Positions 45,148-55,342 of a stretch of 64,000 bases of DNA are shown piece by piece. The notes below the pieces were generated by a model. It was not told the origin of the DNA and did not search any database. It saw nothing but the letters and a program-made list of their open reading frames with translations. How positions within the stretch are numbered: the stretch's first letter is position 1; every line of letters begins with the position of its first letter. Source of the stretch: Clostridiales bacterium (GTDB lineage Bacteria; Bacillota; Clostridia; Lachnospirales; Lachnospiraceae); contig JALEHN010000021.1 of NCBI GenBank assembly GCA_022770525.1, positions 56,259 through 120,258 on the forward strand, in the 5' to 3' direction. A program made the position numbers and the translations under genes.

Positions 45148-48100
45148 TTAAACGATTTCGATTTCTTTTTCCAGCGAAAAGGAGTAAATATACTTCTCCT
45201 TCACCGGACGGTGGAGCATTCGTTCCAACGCTTTTTGGTAATATTCCAGCTGAACCCTGTACCGGTTAATCAGTACATTTTCCTGCCCCCGGTATACAGC
45301 ATCTGTTTTATAATCAATCAGAACCAGCCCATCATCTTCTTCAAAATAAGCATCAATAATTCCCTGTGTCAGTATCACTTCATTTGCCTCTTGAAGCTGC
45401 ATCTGCCCGAATACTTCACCGGCATCCACCGCCATGATAAACTGCTTCTCTCTGAAAAGTCTTCCATTTTTCTGTGCCCCTGCCATCCGCTGACCAAGAG
45501 CTGACCGGACCATTCTGCATATCTTCCATGGATTAATCTCATCGGCAACACACGGATCAATAATGCCCTTTTGGGCATACTGTTTAATCAAAGACCGTAC
45601 ATCCTCCGGTTTCTTGATCTCGGAAAAATCCGCCCACTCAAGAATCTTGTGCACCGCACTTCCCCGCCGGGCCGCCGCCTGCATGCGCTGTTCAATAGTA
45701 TCTCCCCGATCAGCCTCTGTACCGTCTTCATACCCGACATCATCGGCTTCAACCTCTTCATCAATAAGAAATGCCGAATCTTCTATATCTTCCCGATTCA
45801 TTTTTTTAATTTCAGAGATTGTAAGCTTTGCCGGAAGATCTACAGCGGCGGCTGCCGGATAGACCCAGCAAAAGCGTTTGTCCAGACGCTCACGCTCATA
45901 GCTTTCCTCATAAATACGGATATCCGTCTCCAGAGCAGCCCGTCGTATACTGTTTGCCGCTATGCCGGTCATCTGCTGAGTTAAATAAACGATTGCCGGA
46001 AATACCTTTATATCTGCTTTGGCATGACTTGCTCTGCAGTATTCCTGATGATACAGCACAGGCATGATCCAGTCCAGATATCCTGATGCCGTAGTCATTT
46101 CTTTAAGAGACAGCACCTGTTCACGGGTATTTGCCGCCTGAATCCACTTTTTCTTCGATTGTTCAAAATTTTTGACTGTACCTGTAAGAATCAGGCGCTC
46201 CTTTGCTCTCGTCAATGCAACATACAAAACTCTCAATTCTTCACCGAGATTTTCAAGAATAATTTTTGATGCCATTGCTTTTTTTAGAATCGTCGGGCTC
46301 ATCACTCTCGTCTCTTCATTCACTGCCTCAGGGCCCAGTCCATAATCGGAATGAATCAGCACACTGCCTTTAACATCCTGTTTATTGAAACGCTTGTTTA
46401 GCCCGCTGACAAAAACGACCGGATACTCCAGCCCTTTACTTTTGTGAATACTGACAATCCGCACTGTATCTTCCCCTTCACCTAATACAGAAGCCTCTCC
46501 AATATCCGAATTTTGAGTCCGCAGCTTTTTGATATATCGTACAAAATTAAACAGCCCTTTATAACTTGTCCTTTCATAATCCACTGCTTTTTCTATAAAA
46601 AGTTCCAGATTGGCATGGCGTCTCTGTCCAAATGGCATGGCGCTGATCAGTTCATCGTAATGTGTTTTCTCAAACACCGACAGTATCAGTTGATGAATGC
46701 TCATATAAGCGGCCTGGCTGCGAAATGTTTCAAGCATATCGAAAAACGCTTTCAATCTCATGCGGATATCAACATACTGTTCTTTCTGAAAAAAACGATC
46801 AAGAATCATATTTGATTCAGGTTTTAGAAAATTCATACACGCATCATACAAAGTACCTTTTTTCAGAACACTCCGCACGATGGCCAATTCTTCATCTGTA
46901 AAGCCTCCGATACATGATTTCAAAACTGCAGCCAAATCGATATCCTGAATCGGATTATCAATAATACTGAGCATACACACGGCTGTCCGTATCTCCAATG
47001 TATCAAAAAATCCGCTGGAGATCTCCGAATATGCAGGTATACCTGCTTTTGTCAGAACTTCCGCAAAAACATCAGACCATCCCTGCATCGTCCTGAGTAA
47101 AATAACAATATCCTTATATTTAATTGTCCGGTACCCTCCGCTTTCCCGGTCAAATACCTGATAATGCTCATCAATCATCTGCTGAATTCTTAAGGCAACA
47201 GCCCGCGCTTCAAGCTCCCGGTTCGTGACAGATGCTTCCTCGTCATCTTCTTCTGTCAACGCTTCCTCTGATTTAAGATCAATCAGTATCACCTCTGTCT
47301 CATCACTGATGACCCCCTGAACGATTTCATGATTACTGCTTCCCGGCTCATCTATCTCCGAACAATCTGCCTCCGAATCATCTGCCTCCGAATAATCTGA
47401 CTCCGAATGATCTGCCTCTGAATGATCTGCCTCCGAATGATCTGCCTCTGAACGATCTGTCTCCGAACGATCTGCCTCCGGGCTAAACGCATTGTTTTCC
47501 CATTCAGGAACCGGAAAATCTGCCCCCTGATAAAGCGCCGCACTTTCATCATAGATGATGCCCCCCAAAGCCTCACCCATAATATGCTCAAATATCAAAT
47601 TAACAAAATCAACAACACATGCCCGGCTCCTGAAGTTTTTATGCAGATCAATTCTCTGATACTTGCCATCAGTCAGCGAATACTTATTGTACTTTTCCAT
47701 AAACAATTCCGGTCTCGCCAGACGGAATTTGTAAATACTCTGCTTTACATCACCTACCATAAATATATTCGGATTTCCTTCATCTTCTCTCGAAACTGCA
47801 TTCAAGATTGTTTCCTGTACAAGATTACTGTCCTGATACTCATCACAGAGAATTTCAGCAAATTGTCCGCGCATTTCCACCGCTGCATTACTTTTTGTTC
47901 GTTTGCCGTTTTCATCTGTTTTTATCAGAATATCCAGCGCAAAATGCTCCAGATCACTGAAATCCACAACATTTTTATCTTCTTTCAGACACTGAAAACG
48001 TCTTGAAAATTCTTTGACAAGCTCAACAAGTACCCGCATCGGTTCTGCTGTCATACGTATATCCCGGAGCATATGTTCTGTATCGGCAAAGAAAAATTCT

Positions 48101-49041
48101 TTCTTTAACTCTGACACCATATCTTTGACTGATTTACGGATTCCCTTGACGGCTTCTTTATTCTCATCAGACGCAAACGGCATCTTTTTTCTGGACAAAG
48201 CTTCCCACGACAGCAAATCAAATAAATCCTTCATATCTTTGAAATTGTCTGCTAAAAGGACTTTTTCCAGCCATTCTGAATCCGAAAGCAGTGCCGATTG
48301 ATAAAAAAGCGGCCCGTCCGGCTGAGCACATATATTCAATGCTGAATTTGTCTGCTTCAATAAATCGCGAATGATATTGTGTATATAATTCTTTAAAAAT
48401 ACCATCAGCTCCGAACTTTCCAATGCCTCTAAAGACTCCGGATTCAGGCAGTCCATACAACCATCCAGCCATTCCCCGGGCCACGGATAACTTCTTGAAT
48501 AATTATAAAGCTGCATCATCAGATCTTCGATACTGCGGTCAGTTTTTCCCCGGGCATAGCTTTCCACAAAGGATAAAAATGCAGGACTCCCTTCCTCATA
48601 TTTATCCTCCAAAAGCTCACTGATCGTATCTGCTTTAAGCAAAGAAAGTTCTATATCATCCGCCACTCGAAAAGACGGATCCAGATCAATTTCATTAAAA
48701 TGATTTCGAATAATATGAAGGCAAAAACTGTGGATCGTCGTAATCTGAGCATTGGAAAGAAGAGCAATCTGCCTTTCCAGATTGTCATCTTCAGGATTTT
48801 CATCTTTTCTCTGCTCCAGCGCACGCTCAATACGCTCTTTCATTTCTGCCGCCGCAGCTTTGGTAAAAGTAACAACAAGCAGCTGATCGATATCCAGCGG
48901 TTTCTTTTTGTCTGTAATCATAGAAATAATACGCTCTACAAGTACCGCCGTTTTACCGGATCCTGCTGCCGCAGACACAAGCAAATTGCGATTTCTCAGA
49001 TCAATGACCCTTTTCTGTTCTTCTGTCCAATTCACGCTCAT
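45148..49041 (-). CDS. addA: Helicase-nuclease AddAB subunit A
   Basis: WTEEQKRVIDLRNRNLLVSAAAGSGKTAVLVERI UvrD-type helicase motifs and a C-terminal RecB-type nuclease (GIIDAYF...LIDYKTD). Start ATG 49041 or GTG 49035 (SD AAGGAG). Overlaps the addB 3' end. Confidence 0.93.
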   Translation of the reverse strand: MSVNWTEEQKRVIDLRNRNLLVSAAAGSGKTAVLVERIISMITDKKKPLDIDQLLVVTFTKAAAAEMKERIERALEQRKDENPEDDNLERQIALLSNAQITTIHSFCLHIIRNHFNEIDLDPSFRVADDIELSLLKADTISELLEDKYEEGSPAFLSFVESYARGKTDRSIEDLMMQLYNYSRSYPWPGEWLDGCMDCLNPESLEALESSELMVFLKNYIHNIIRDLLKQTNSALNICAQPDGPLFYQSALLSDSEWLEKVLLADNFKDMKDLFDLLSWEALSRKKMPFASDENKEAVKGIRKSVKDMVSELKKEFFFADTEHMLRDIRMTAEPMRVLVELVKEFSRRFQCLKEDKNVVDFSDLEHFALDILIKTDENGKRTKSNAAVEMRGQFAEILCDEYQDSNLVQETILNAVSREDEGNPNIFMVGDVKQSIYKFRLARPELFMEKYNKYSLTDGKYQRIDLHKNFRSRACVVDFVNLIFEHIMGEALGGIIYDESAALYQGADFPVPEWENNAFSPEADRSETDRSEADHSEADHSEADHSESDYSEADDSEADCSEIDEPGSSNHEIVQGVISDETEVILIDLKSEEALTEEDDEEASVTNRELEARAVALRIQQMIDEHYQVFDRESGGYRTIKYKDIVILLRTMQGWSDVFAEVLTKAGIPAYSEISSGFFDTLEIRTAVCMLSIIDNPIQDIDLAAVLKSCIGGFTDEELAIVRSVLKKGTLYDACMNFLKPESNMILDRFFQKEQYVDIRMRLKAFFDMLETFRSQAAYMSIHQLILSVFEKTHYDELISAMPFGQRRHANLELFIEKAVDYERTSYKGLFNFVRYIKKLRTQNSDIGEASVLGEGEDTVRIVSIHKSKGLEYPVVFVSGLNKRFNKQDVKGSVLIHSDYGLGPEAVNEETRVMSPTILKKAMASKIILENLGEELRVLYVALTRAKERLILTGTVKNFEQSKKKWIQAANTREQVLSLKEMTTASGYLDWIMPVLYHQEYCRASHAKADIKVFPAIVYLTQQMTGIAANSIRRAALETDIRIYEESYERERLDKRFCWVYPAAAAVDLPAKLTISEIKKMNREDIEDSAFLIDEEVEADDVGYEDGTEADRGDTIEQRMQAAARRGSAVHKILEWADFSEIKKPEDVRSLIKQYAQKGIIDPCVADEINPWKICRMVRSALGQRMAGAQKNGRLFREKQFIMAVDAGEVFGQMQLQEANEVILTQGIIDAYFEEDDGLVLIDYKTDAVYRGQENVLINRYRVQLEYYQKALERMLHRPVKEKYIYSFSLEKEIEIV
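47351..47483 (-). repeat. In-frame 15-bp tandem repeat (about 9 units) encoding acidic pentapeptides inside addA
   Basis: Plus strand tctgcctccgaatga-type units. The protein reads EADRSETDRSEADHSEADHSEADHSESDYSEADDSEADCSEIDEP. Confidence 0.95.
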
Positions 49042-52000
49042 TCTCCTTTTCTTCCATAAGCCGCCATATATCATCTTTTGACATTTCTTTGATACGGCGT
49101 GACTCAAATCCTTCCAAATCCTCATCAAAACCACATACCGCGCGATACGGGCAATAGCTGCAGCCATGTCCCCTGCTGCCTCTGTCATACGGATGAACAC
49201 CGATATTTCCCTTCATGATCTCTTTTCCGATAGATTTCACTTTATCTTCCGTAAATGAAAACAATGTATGAAACCGCTCTGTTGACGCGGTGCTGGAACT
49301 TTTTGACAGGCTGCCGTCTTTATTCACCGAAACCGGCAGAATATCCGATGCGCCATTCATATGGGCATCCATAAACTTGATAATATCCATATTACTGTTG
49401 ACAAGCCCGTTCATTTTCAGCATTTTTAATACTTCATGATCAACTTCCTCTTTTGATGGCTGCTCATCATCGCCGCTGCTGCCGTAAACCGATGCGCTGT
49501 CAACCGAAATCATAGGATCATTAATATTATAATATAGAATACCTGCAGGAATAACATGCCTTCCGCCTGCCTGCACTGACTTTAATTCCATCGCTGTCTC
49601 CATATACACGACAAGCTGAAGCTGCAGTCCGTAAAACAGAGCTGTCATATCAAATTTTTTTGTTCCGGATTTATAATCAATAATGCGCACATACATCTGA
49701 TGATCATCCTCATATAAATCAAGACGGTCAATTGCCCCTGCAAGCTTTAATACCTCATTTTCGGATAACTTCAGATTCAAAGGGCCATGATCATGACTGC
49801 TGTCAAATCTCAGTTCATAATCTTCAGGTTCAAAACTTCCATGCTGAATCTGCTTCTGAAGTGCCCATAAAGTCTTCTGCACCATACGCGACAATCTCTG
49901 TATCATAAACTGATTTCTGAAATTATCCATTAAAACAAGATTCTTTTCATCGGCCACCACATCAGCCACACATTTTTTTGCAAGACGTCTGCGCTCTTCA
50001 TCAGGTATCGTATGCCAGTTATATTCTGATTGATCCAGACGTTTGGAAAACAACTCAATCACACTGTGAAACAGTATCCCAAGGTCAGGCGCTGATAAAT
50101 GATACTCCTGTCGTTCATTCAGATTTAATCCGTAAGCCAGAAAGTGCGCATAAGCGCATGAAGCATACTTCTCAAGCATCGTCACACTGCCCTCAAGTAC
50201 GCTGCCGTATAATGCCCGGACCGCCGCTTTACTAAGCGGTGTATCCTCATATTTTCCAAATGCCATATCCATCATCATCCTGCTGTACGCTTTTGTATCA
50301 TCATTCCCGCTCATCCACAGATATAATTCAAACCACGCTTTAGGAAGCCTGACTTCCTTCGAATTTCCAAGCCCCCGTGTCAGATACTTTCTCACCGCAC
50401 TGATACTGTAAATATGGCTCCCATGCTCCTGTTCATTTAACATTTCCGTATCTGTCACGTTAATTTCCGGGAGGATTTTCTGAATTCTTCCAATCAGCGT
50501 CGACGGATGCATGGATCTGCTGCTGCTGTCCACCTTCGTATAAGTCATCACAAGACGCTTTGATGGCTTTGACAGCATCGAATAAATATAAAACTTTTCT
50601 GTGTAGGCGTCTTCTTTTCCCGTCGGTGCCAGTTCAAAACTGCATGACTTTAAAACTTCTTTATCCCTGTCGTTGATCAGACCGCCATCCTTTATTGTCC
50701 TTGGGACAACACCTTCATTGACACCAATAAAAAATAAAACAGATACATGATCCAGACGGGTTCTCAAAATATCCCCGATCATCACCTGATCTGCGCCCGG
50801 TGGTATAATGCCGACTTTTGCCTCATTTAACCCGGCATCAAGAATATCTTTATAAGTCCGAACAGACATCGGTTCTTCCTCAAGGATTTCATCCATCCGT
50901 TTGAAAATATCCTCAACGACACGATAAATCTGCTGATACTCCTTTGCCGCTGACAATAAATTCTGTGATGCGAACCACTGACTCTTTTTTTCAACCCGCG
51001 CCGCCATTTCATGAGAAACAAGAAAGTCCATCACTGCCCTCGAATACTGTCCCGCTGTTTTTGGCTGTTCGCTAAACGCTTCTTTCACCGGAGAAAGCCA
51101 CGACATCACATCGCTTCTGACCTGATTCATATAGGATAATTCATCTTTGGCCAGCCCTTTATACCGGCGCACAAAAGGCTTTGACCACATACGATATCCC
51201 CGTATGCCTGTAGCCAGAACATAGTTGTCCAGCCGGTCGATATCTGTCATCTCTATATCCGTCCATCCGGTTTTTAAATATCTGAAAACCGAATTGTATG
51301 AAAAGTCCTGAACAATGACATCAATCAGAGCACGTATAAACTCCACAAAACCATTGGACAAAACATCCCTTTTCTGATCAATAAAAAACGGAATCTCTGC
51401 CTGCCGCATTGCATTTTCCACAATATGCCCATACGAAGCCAGATCACCTGTCACAAGGGCAATTTCTCTGTATCTTATCCCTTCACGGCAGAGTTTCAGA
51501 ATTTCCTGTGTAATAAAATCCAGTTCTTCTGAAGGATTGTGCATCGTATAAATCTCAAGCCTTCCGTCATTTTTGGCAGTAACGGCTGTGTTTTTGCAAT
51601 GTTCATGAGACTTAAAATCAGCATCTTCGCTTTTAGAAATATCTCTTTTTTCATAACAACTGCCGTTTCTGTATATCTGTCTTTCTATCACAGAGAGGGG
51701 ACTTCCCTTTGGGAATCGGTTAACATAAGGCAATACAATATCTTCTTCCCGCTGTGCGCCGGATTCCATACAGCATCTGTTCAACCTGTGAATCGTTGAT
51801 TTTGTCAAATAAAAAAGCTCATACGGCTTCCCCGGTTTATATACATCTTCTCTTGTATCTACAGTCAATGCAACCTGTACGTCCAAAGACATCTTTAAAA
51901 TCTCGCAAAGCAGATCATACTGGGAAGGTGTAAAGCCGGTAAACTCGTCAAAATAAAACGCACTTCGCCGTACAAGTGCAGACTTTTGAATGACATTGAC

Positions 52001-52552
52001 AAGCCTGTCAAGAATTTCTTCGGTTGTTATGTACTTTTCAGAAATATAATCTATAAATCCTGAATATATTTTTTCAATATCTGCCAGTTTTCCGGTCAGC
52101 GCCGGCTTTCCCTTAATCTCTGCGGCAGCAGTTTTCAGATTTTCCGGTGAAATATGGTACTGCAGCAATTCGGAAATCGTAGACTTCATCTCACTGATGA
52201 AACCGGCTTTTCCGGCATTGCCCTGAAACACCTTCAATTTTGACAATTCCCTATCCACGATTCTTCGCACGACCATACTTTTTCCTATATCATCAAGAAC
52301 CGTCAGCGTATCAAGTCCCAGTTCATCAAAAATCCTGTATGCAAGGCGGCCGAAACTGACAACATCTATATTCATCGTTCCGTGATCCGGATGCATACGG
52401 ACGATATTCTTCTGAACCTGCATCGTATACTGCTCAGGCACAACTATAAAATAATTCTTTTCCGGGTGTGCCAAAGATTTTTCAATCACCTGTGTATATA
52501 TATAATGTGATTTTCCAAAACCGCTGCCTCCCAGCACTAACTGTAATCCCAT
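49001..52552 (-). CDS. addB: Helicase-nuclease AddAB subunit B
   Basis: LVLGGSGFGKSHYIY P-loop and C-terminal Fe-S/nuclease cysteines (CSYCPYRAVCGF). ATG 52552 behind SD AAGGTGG. Confidence 0.92.
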   Translation of the reverse strand: MGLQLVLGGSGFGKSHYIYTQVIEKSLAHPEKNYFIVVPEQYTMQVQKNIVRMHPDHGTMNIDVVSFGRLAYRIFDELGLDTLTVLDDIGKSMVVRRIVDRELSKLKVFQGNAGKAGFISEMKSTISELLQYHISPENLKTAAAEIKGKPALTGKLADIEKIYSGFIDYISEKYITTEEILDRLVNVIQKSALVRRSAFYFDEFTGFTPSQYDLLCEILKMSLDVQVALTVDTREDVYKPGKPYELFYLTKSTIHRLNRCCMESGAQREEDIVLPYVNRFPKGSPLSVIERQIYRNGSCYEKRDISKSEDADFKSHEHCKNTAVTAKNDGRLEIYTMHNPSEELDFITQEILKLCREGIRYREIALVTGDLASYGHIVENAMRQAEIPFFIDQKRDVLSNGFVEFIRALIDVIVQDFSYNSVFRYLKTGWTDIEMTDIDRLDNYVLATGIRGYRMWSKPFVRRYKGLAKDELSYMNQVRSDVMSWLSPVKEAFSEQPKTAGQYSRAVMDFLVSHEMAARVEKKSQWFASQNLLSAAKEYQQIYRVVEDIFKRMDEILEEEPMSVRTYKDILDAGLNEAKVGIIPPGADQVMIGDILRTRLDHVSVLFFIGVNEGVVPRTIKDGGLINDRDKEVLKSCSFELAPTGKEDAYTEKFYIYSMLSKPSKRLVMTYTKVDSSSRSMHPSTLIGRIQKILPEINVTDTEMLNEQEHGSHIYSISAVRKYLTRGLGNSKEVRLPKAWFELYLWMSGNDDTKAYSRMMMDMAFGKYEDTPLSKAAVRALYGSVLEGSVTMLEKYASCAYAHFLAYGLNLNERQEYHLSAPDLGILFHSVIELFSKRLDQSEYNWHTIPDEERRRLAKKCVADVVADEKNLVLMDNFRNQFMIQRLSRMVQKTLWALQKQIQHGSFEPEDYELRFDSSHDHGPLNLKLSENEVLKLAGAIDRLDLYEDDHQMYVRIIDYKSGTKKFDMTALFYGLQLQLVVYMETAMELKSVQAGGRHVIPAGILYYNINDPMISVDSASVYGSSGDDEQPSKEEVDHEVLKMLKMNGLVNSNMDIIKFMDAHMNGASDILPVSVNKDGSLSKSSSTASTERFHTLFSFTEDKVKSIGKEIMKGNIGVHPYDRGSRGHGCSYCPYRAVCGFDEDLEGFESRRIKEMSKDDIWRLMEEKENERELDRRTEKGH

Positions 52553-52653
52553 CGCACTTACCACCTTACTTCGCTTTTTATCCGGATATCTTATCCGCAG
52601 CGTCCGCAACATCATCAAACGCTCTGACCGGTTCCTTCACTTCTTATGCGGAC

Positions 52654-52682
52654 ATCTTACCATATAGGGTTATACTTTTCAA
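52654..52682 (-). promoter_or_regulatory. Candidate sigma-A promoter of addBA
   Basis: Minus strand TTGAAA-17 nt-TAAGAT with TG at the extended -10 position. Confidence 0.45.
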
Positions 52683-52692
52683 GCCCCATACA

Positions 52693-52704
52693 GAACATTT
52701 GTTC
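52693..52704. promoter_or_regulatory. Candidate LexA/DinR SOS box (Cheo-box core)
   Basis: GAAC-ATTT-GTTC palindrome in the addB / small membrane gene divergent region. Flanking bases are A...A rather than the consensus C...G. Confidence 0.4.
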
Positions 52705-52727
52705 ATCTTTTTTATCCCGCATATATT
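52699..52727 (+). promoter_or_regulatory. Candidate sigma-A promoter of the small membrane protein gene, -35 overlapping the SOS-box half-site
   Basis: TTGTTC-17 nt-TATATT, about 50 nt upstream of ATG 52778. Confidence 0.4.
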
Positions 52728-52777
52728 TCTTACGCATATCATAAAGTATATTAAGCATTATTCATGGAGGGCAGATT

Positions 52778-53209
52778 ATGAAATCAAAAACACATATTTT
52801 CATACTTCACATGAGGGAAATTATTTATACCATCATCTTTTCCATATTAGCCATTATTTTGATTATTCTGCTCATTTACATGTTCGGATCCAAAGACAGT
52901 TCGGAAACTATGTCTGATGCTGTCTCATTTGTCCCTGGCATCTATACATCTTCAGTGATGCTGGATAACAGCCGGGTAAACATTCAGGTCACTGTTGAAG
53001 AATCAGGCATCACTTCCGTATCCCTTGCTGATCCTGATGAAACAATCATATCCAGATATCCGCTGCTAAAAACATGTACGAAAGACATCTCCGAACAGCT
53101 TGCAGGCGGCACAGCTTTAAATGATATTGAATACACAACCTCCAACCAGTATACTGTGGCACTTCTCGTTGAAGCCATCAACAATGCGCTTCAAAAGGCG
53201 GCACCGTAA
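52778..53209 (+). CDS. Hypothetical N-terminally membrane-anchored protein (weak FMN_bind-like pattern without the flavinylation motif)
   Basis: SD GGAGGG 7 nt before the ATG. One TM (IIYTIIFSILAIILIILLIYMF) followed by a ~100-aa domain, GIYTSSVML..VNIQVTVEESGITSVSL. Confidence 0.6.
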   Translation: MKSKTHIFILHMREIIYTIIFSILAIILIILLIYMFGSKDSSETMSDAVSFVPGIYTSSVMLDNSRVNIQVTVEESGITSVSLADPDETIISRYPLLKTCTKDISEQLAGGTALNDIEYTTSNQYTVALLVEAINNALQKAAP

Positions 53210-53221
53210 TAATATAAAAAA

Positions 53222-53291
53222 GAACTATGCGCCATAAGGTGCCTAAGCGGCGTTTTTTCTCAGCCGTCTTATCACCTTACAGCGCACAGTT
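53222..53291. repeat. Long imperfect inverted repeat (~30-nt arms) between convergent genes
   Basis: GAACTATGCGCCATAAGGTGCCTAAGCGGCG-TTTTTTCTCA-GCCGTCTTATCACCTTACAGCGCACAGTTC. Possible bidirectional terminator. Confidence 0.55.
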
Positions 53292-53366
53292 CCTTAACTG
53301 TGATTCGTATTGACGTACAATCCGTATACTAAGCCCATATTTAAACCTGCAGGCATTTTTAATGAA

Positions 53367-55307
53367 TCATAAATTCAGGTTACTGTTCAGTTTTTTCTCA
53401 AGATCATCCATTTCCCGCATCCACATCTGAACCGATGCATCACTTGGCATTCTCAAGTCACCTCTCGGTGATACCGCAACAGAACCGACCTTCGGACCAT
53501 CAGGCAGACATGAACGTTTAAACTGCTGGCTGAAGAAACGCCAGTAAAACTTCCGCAGCCACTTGTAAATCGTCGCATCATCATAAGTACCGCCCCAGGC
53601 GTACTTGGCCATTCTGAAAATTTTTGCAGGATGGCAGCCGAATCTAAGGACATGATACAGGAAGAAATCATGAAGCTCATAAGGCCCCACAAGATCCTCC
53701 GTTTTCTGGGAAATCTCACCATCCTTTGGCGGGATCAGTTCAGGGCTGACCGGTGTATCCAAAATATCAAGCAGCGTCTCTGACAGTTCCTTATCACCGC
53801 ACGTATCCGCATAATACCGCACAAGATGCCGCACAAGTGTCTTTGGAATGGAAGCATTCACACCGTACATCGACATATGGTCACCATTATAAGTCGCCCA
53901 ACCAAGTGCCAGCTCGGAAAGGTCACCCGTACCTATCACAAGACCGCCGCTCTGATTGGCAATATCCATCAAAACCTGCGTGCGCTCCCTTGCCTGGGAG
54001 TTTTCGTAAGTCACATCATGTTTTTGGGGATCATGGCCGATATCTTTAAAATGCAGACTGACTGCCGCTTTAATATCGACTTCTTTCAAATCCGCCCCCA
54101 GTTTATTCACAAGGGAACATGCATTATGATAAGTCCTGTCTGTCGTACCAAAACACGGCATTGTCACAGCCGTAATATTTTTCCGGTCAAGTCCGGCCAT
54201 ATCAAAGGCACGCACAGTCACAAGCAGTGCCAGTGTGGAATCAAGACCGCCTGAAATACCGACCACCGCATTGGTACATTTCGTATGCACAAGTCTCTTT
54301 TTAAGCCCCATGGCCTGAATGGTCAGAATTTCCTCACAGCGTTTCTTTCGTTCTGCCATATTCCCCGGTACAAAAGGCGCCGGATCAATATAGCGTTCAA
54401 GCGCTGTCCTTTCCGGTTTCATAGAAAACGAAACATATTTATAAGTATCATCTGTAACCTCTTTAAATGTCGTCATTCGCCGGCGCTCTGCCCAAAGTTT
54501 CAAAACATCAATATCATTTGTAATCATGCCATGTCCGAAACGCTCGGACTGGGCAAGCAGCGTACCGTTTTCAGCGATCAGATTATGGCCCGCAAACACC
54601 AGATCTGACGTAGACTCACCCTCACCGGCATCGGCATAAATATATCCGCACACAAGCCTTCCCGATTGTCCGCACACAAGGGAAGTTCTGTAAGCTTCCT
54701 TGCCCGTGATCTCATCACTGGCTGACAGATTTAAAATCAGCATGGCACCATGAACAGCATGCGACTGACTCGGCGGCGCTGCCACCCAGAGATCTTCGCA
54801 GATTTCCGCGGCAAAAGAAAAGCCTTTCATCGTTTCGCACTGAAAAATAATATTTGTGCCGAACCATACATCATAGCCGTCAAACTTCACCGTCACAGGA
54901 ATATCATTGCCCGGCTCAAAATGCCTTGCTTCGTAAAATTCAGAATAATTCGGCAGATTCTTCTTTGGCACAAAACCAAGAACCCTGCCTTTATAAACAA
55001 TGGCAGCAACATTATATAATTTATTGCCGCGCATCATCGGAAGGCCGACAGCCGTGACCATTTCCATGGATGTACTTTTCATGGCAATATATTTAAGCGC
55101 TTCAAGCGCGCTGTCAAGCAGCGTATCCTGTAAAAACAGTTCACCGCATGTATAACCGGTCAGACAAAGTTCAGGAAACACCGCCAGCTTTACATGAGCA
55201 TCCCGTGCCTTCTCCATCATATCTGCAATATTCTGCGCATTATACATGCAATTTGCCACTTCGATCAGAGGTGTCACTGCAGCAACTTTTAAAAATCCGT
55301 CTTTCAT
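53367..55307 (-). CDS. nadE: Glutamine-dependent NAD+ synthetase
   Basis: N-terminal CN-hydrolase domain (FPELCLTGY, catalytic C in EICEDLW) and a C-terminal synthetase with the SGGLDS P-loop. ATG 55307 behind SD GGAGG. Confidence 0.92.
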   Translation of the reverse strand: MKDGFLKVAAVTPLIEVANCMYNAQNIADMMEKARDAHVKLAVFPELCLTGYTCGELFLQDTLLDSALEALKYIAMKSTSMEMVTAVGLPMMRGNKLYNVAAIVYKGRVLGFVPKKNLPNYSEFYEARHFEPGNDIPVTVKFDGYDVWFGTNIIFQCETMKGFSFAAEICEDLWVAAPPSQSHAVHGAMLILNLSASDEITGKEAYRTSLVCGQSGRLVCGYIYADAGEGESTSDLVFAGHNLIAENGTLLAQSERFGHGMITNDIDVLKLWAERRRMTTFKEVTDDTYKYVSFSMKPERTALERYIDPAPFVPGNMAERKKRCEEILTIQAMGLKKRLVHTKCTNAVVGISGGLDSTLALLVTVRAFDMAGLDRKNITAVTMPCFGTTDRTYHNACSLVNKLGADLKEVDIKAAVSLHFKDIGHDPQKHDVTYENSQARERTQVLMDIANQSGGLVIGTGDLSELALGWATYNGDHMSMYGVNASIPKTLVRHLVRYYADTCGDKELSETLLDILDTPVSPELIPPKDGEISQKTEDLVGPYELHDFFLYHVLRFGCHPAKIFRMAKYAWGGTYDDATIYKWLRKFYWRFFSQQFKRSCLPDGPKVGSVAVSPRGDLRMPSDASVQMWMREMDDLEKKLNSNLNL

Positions 55308-55342
55308 TATTTCCTCCATATCATTCACTGCCGGAATGACTA

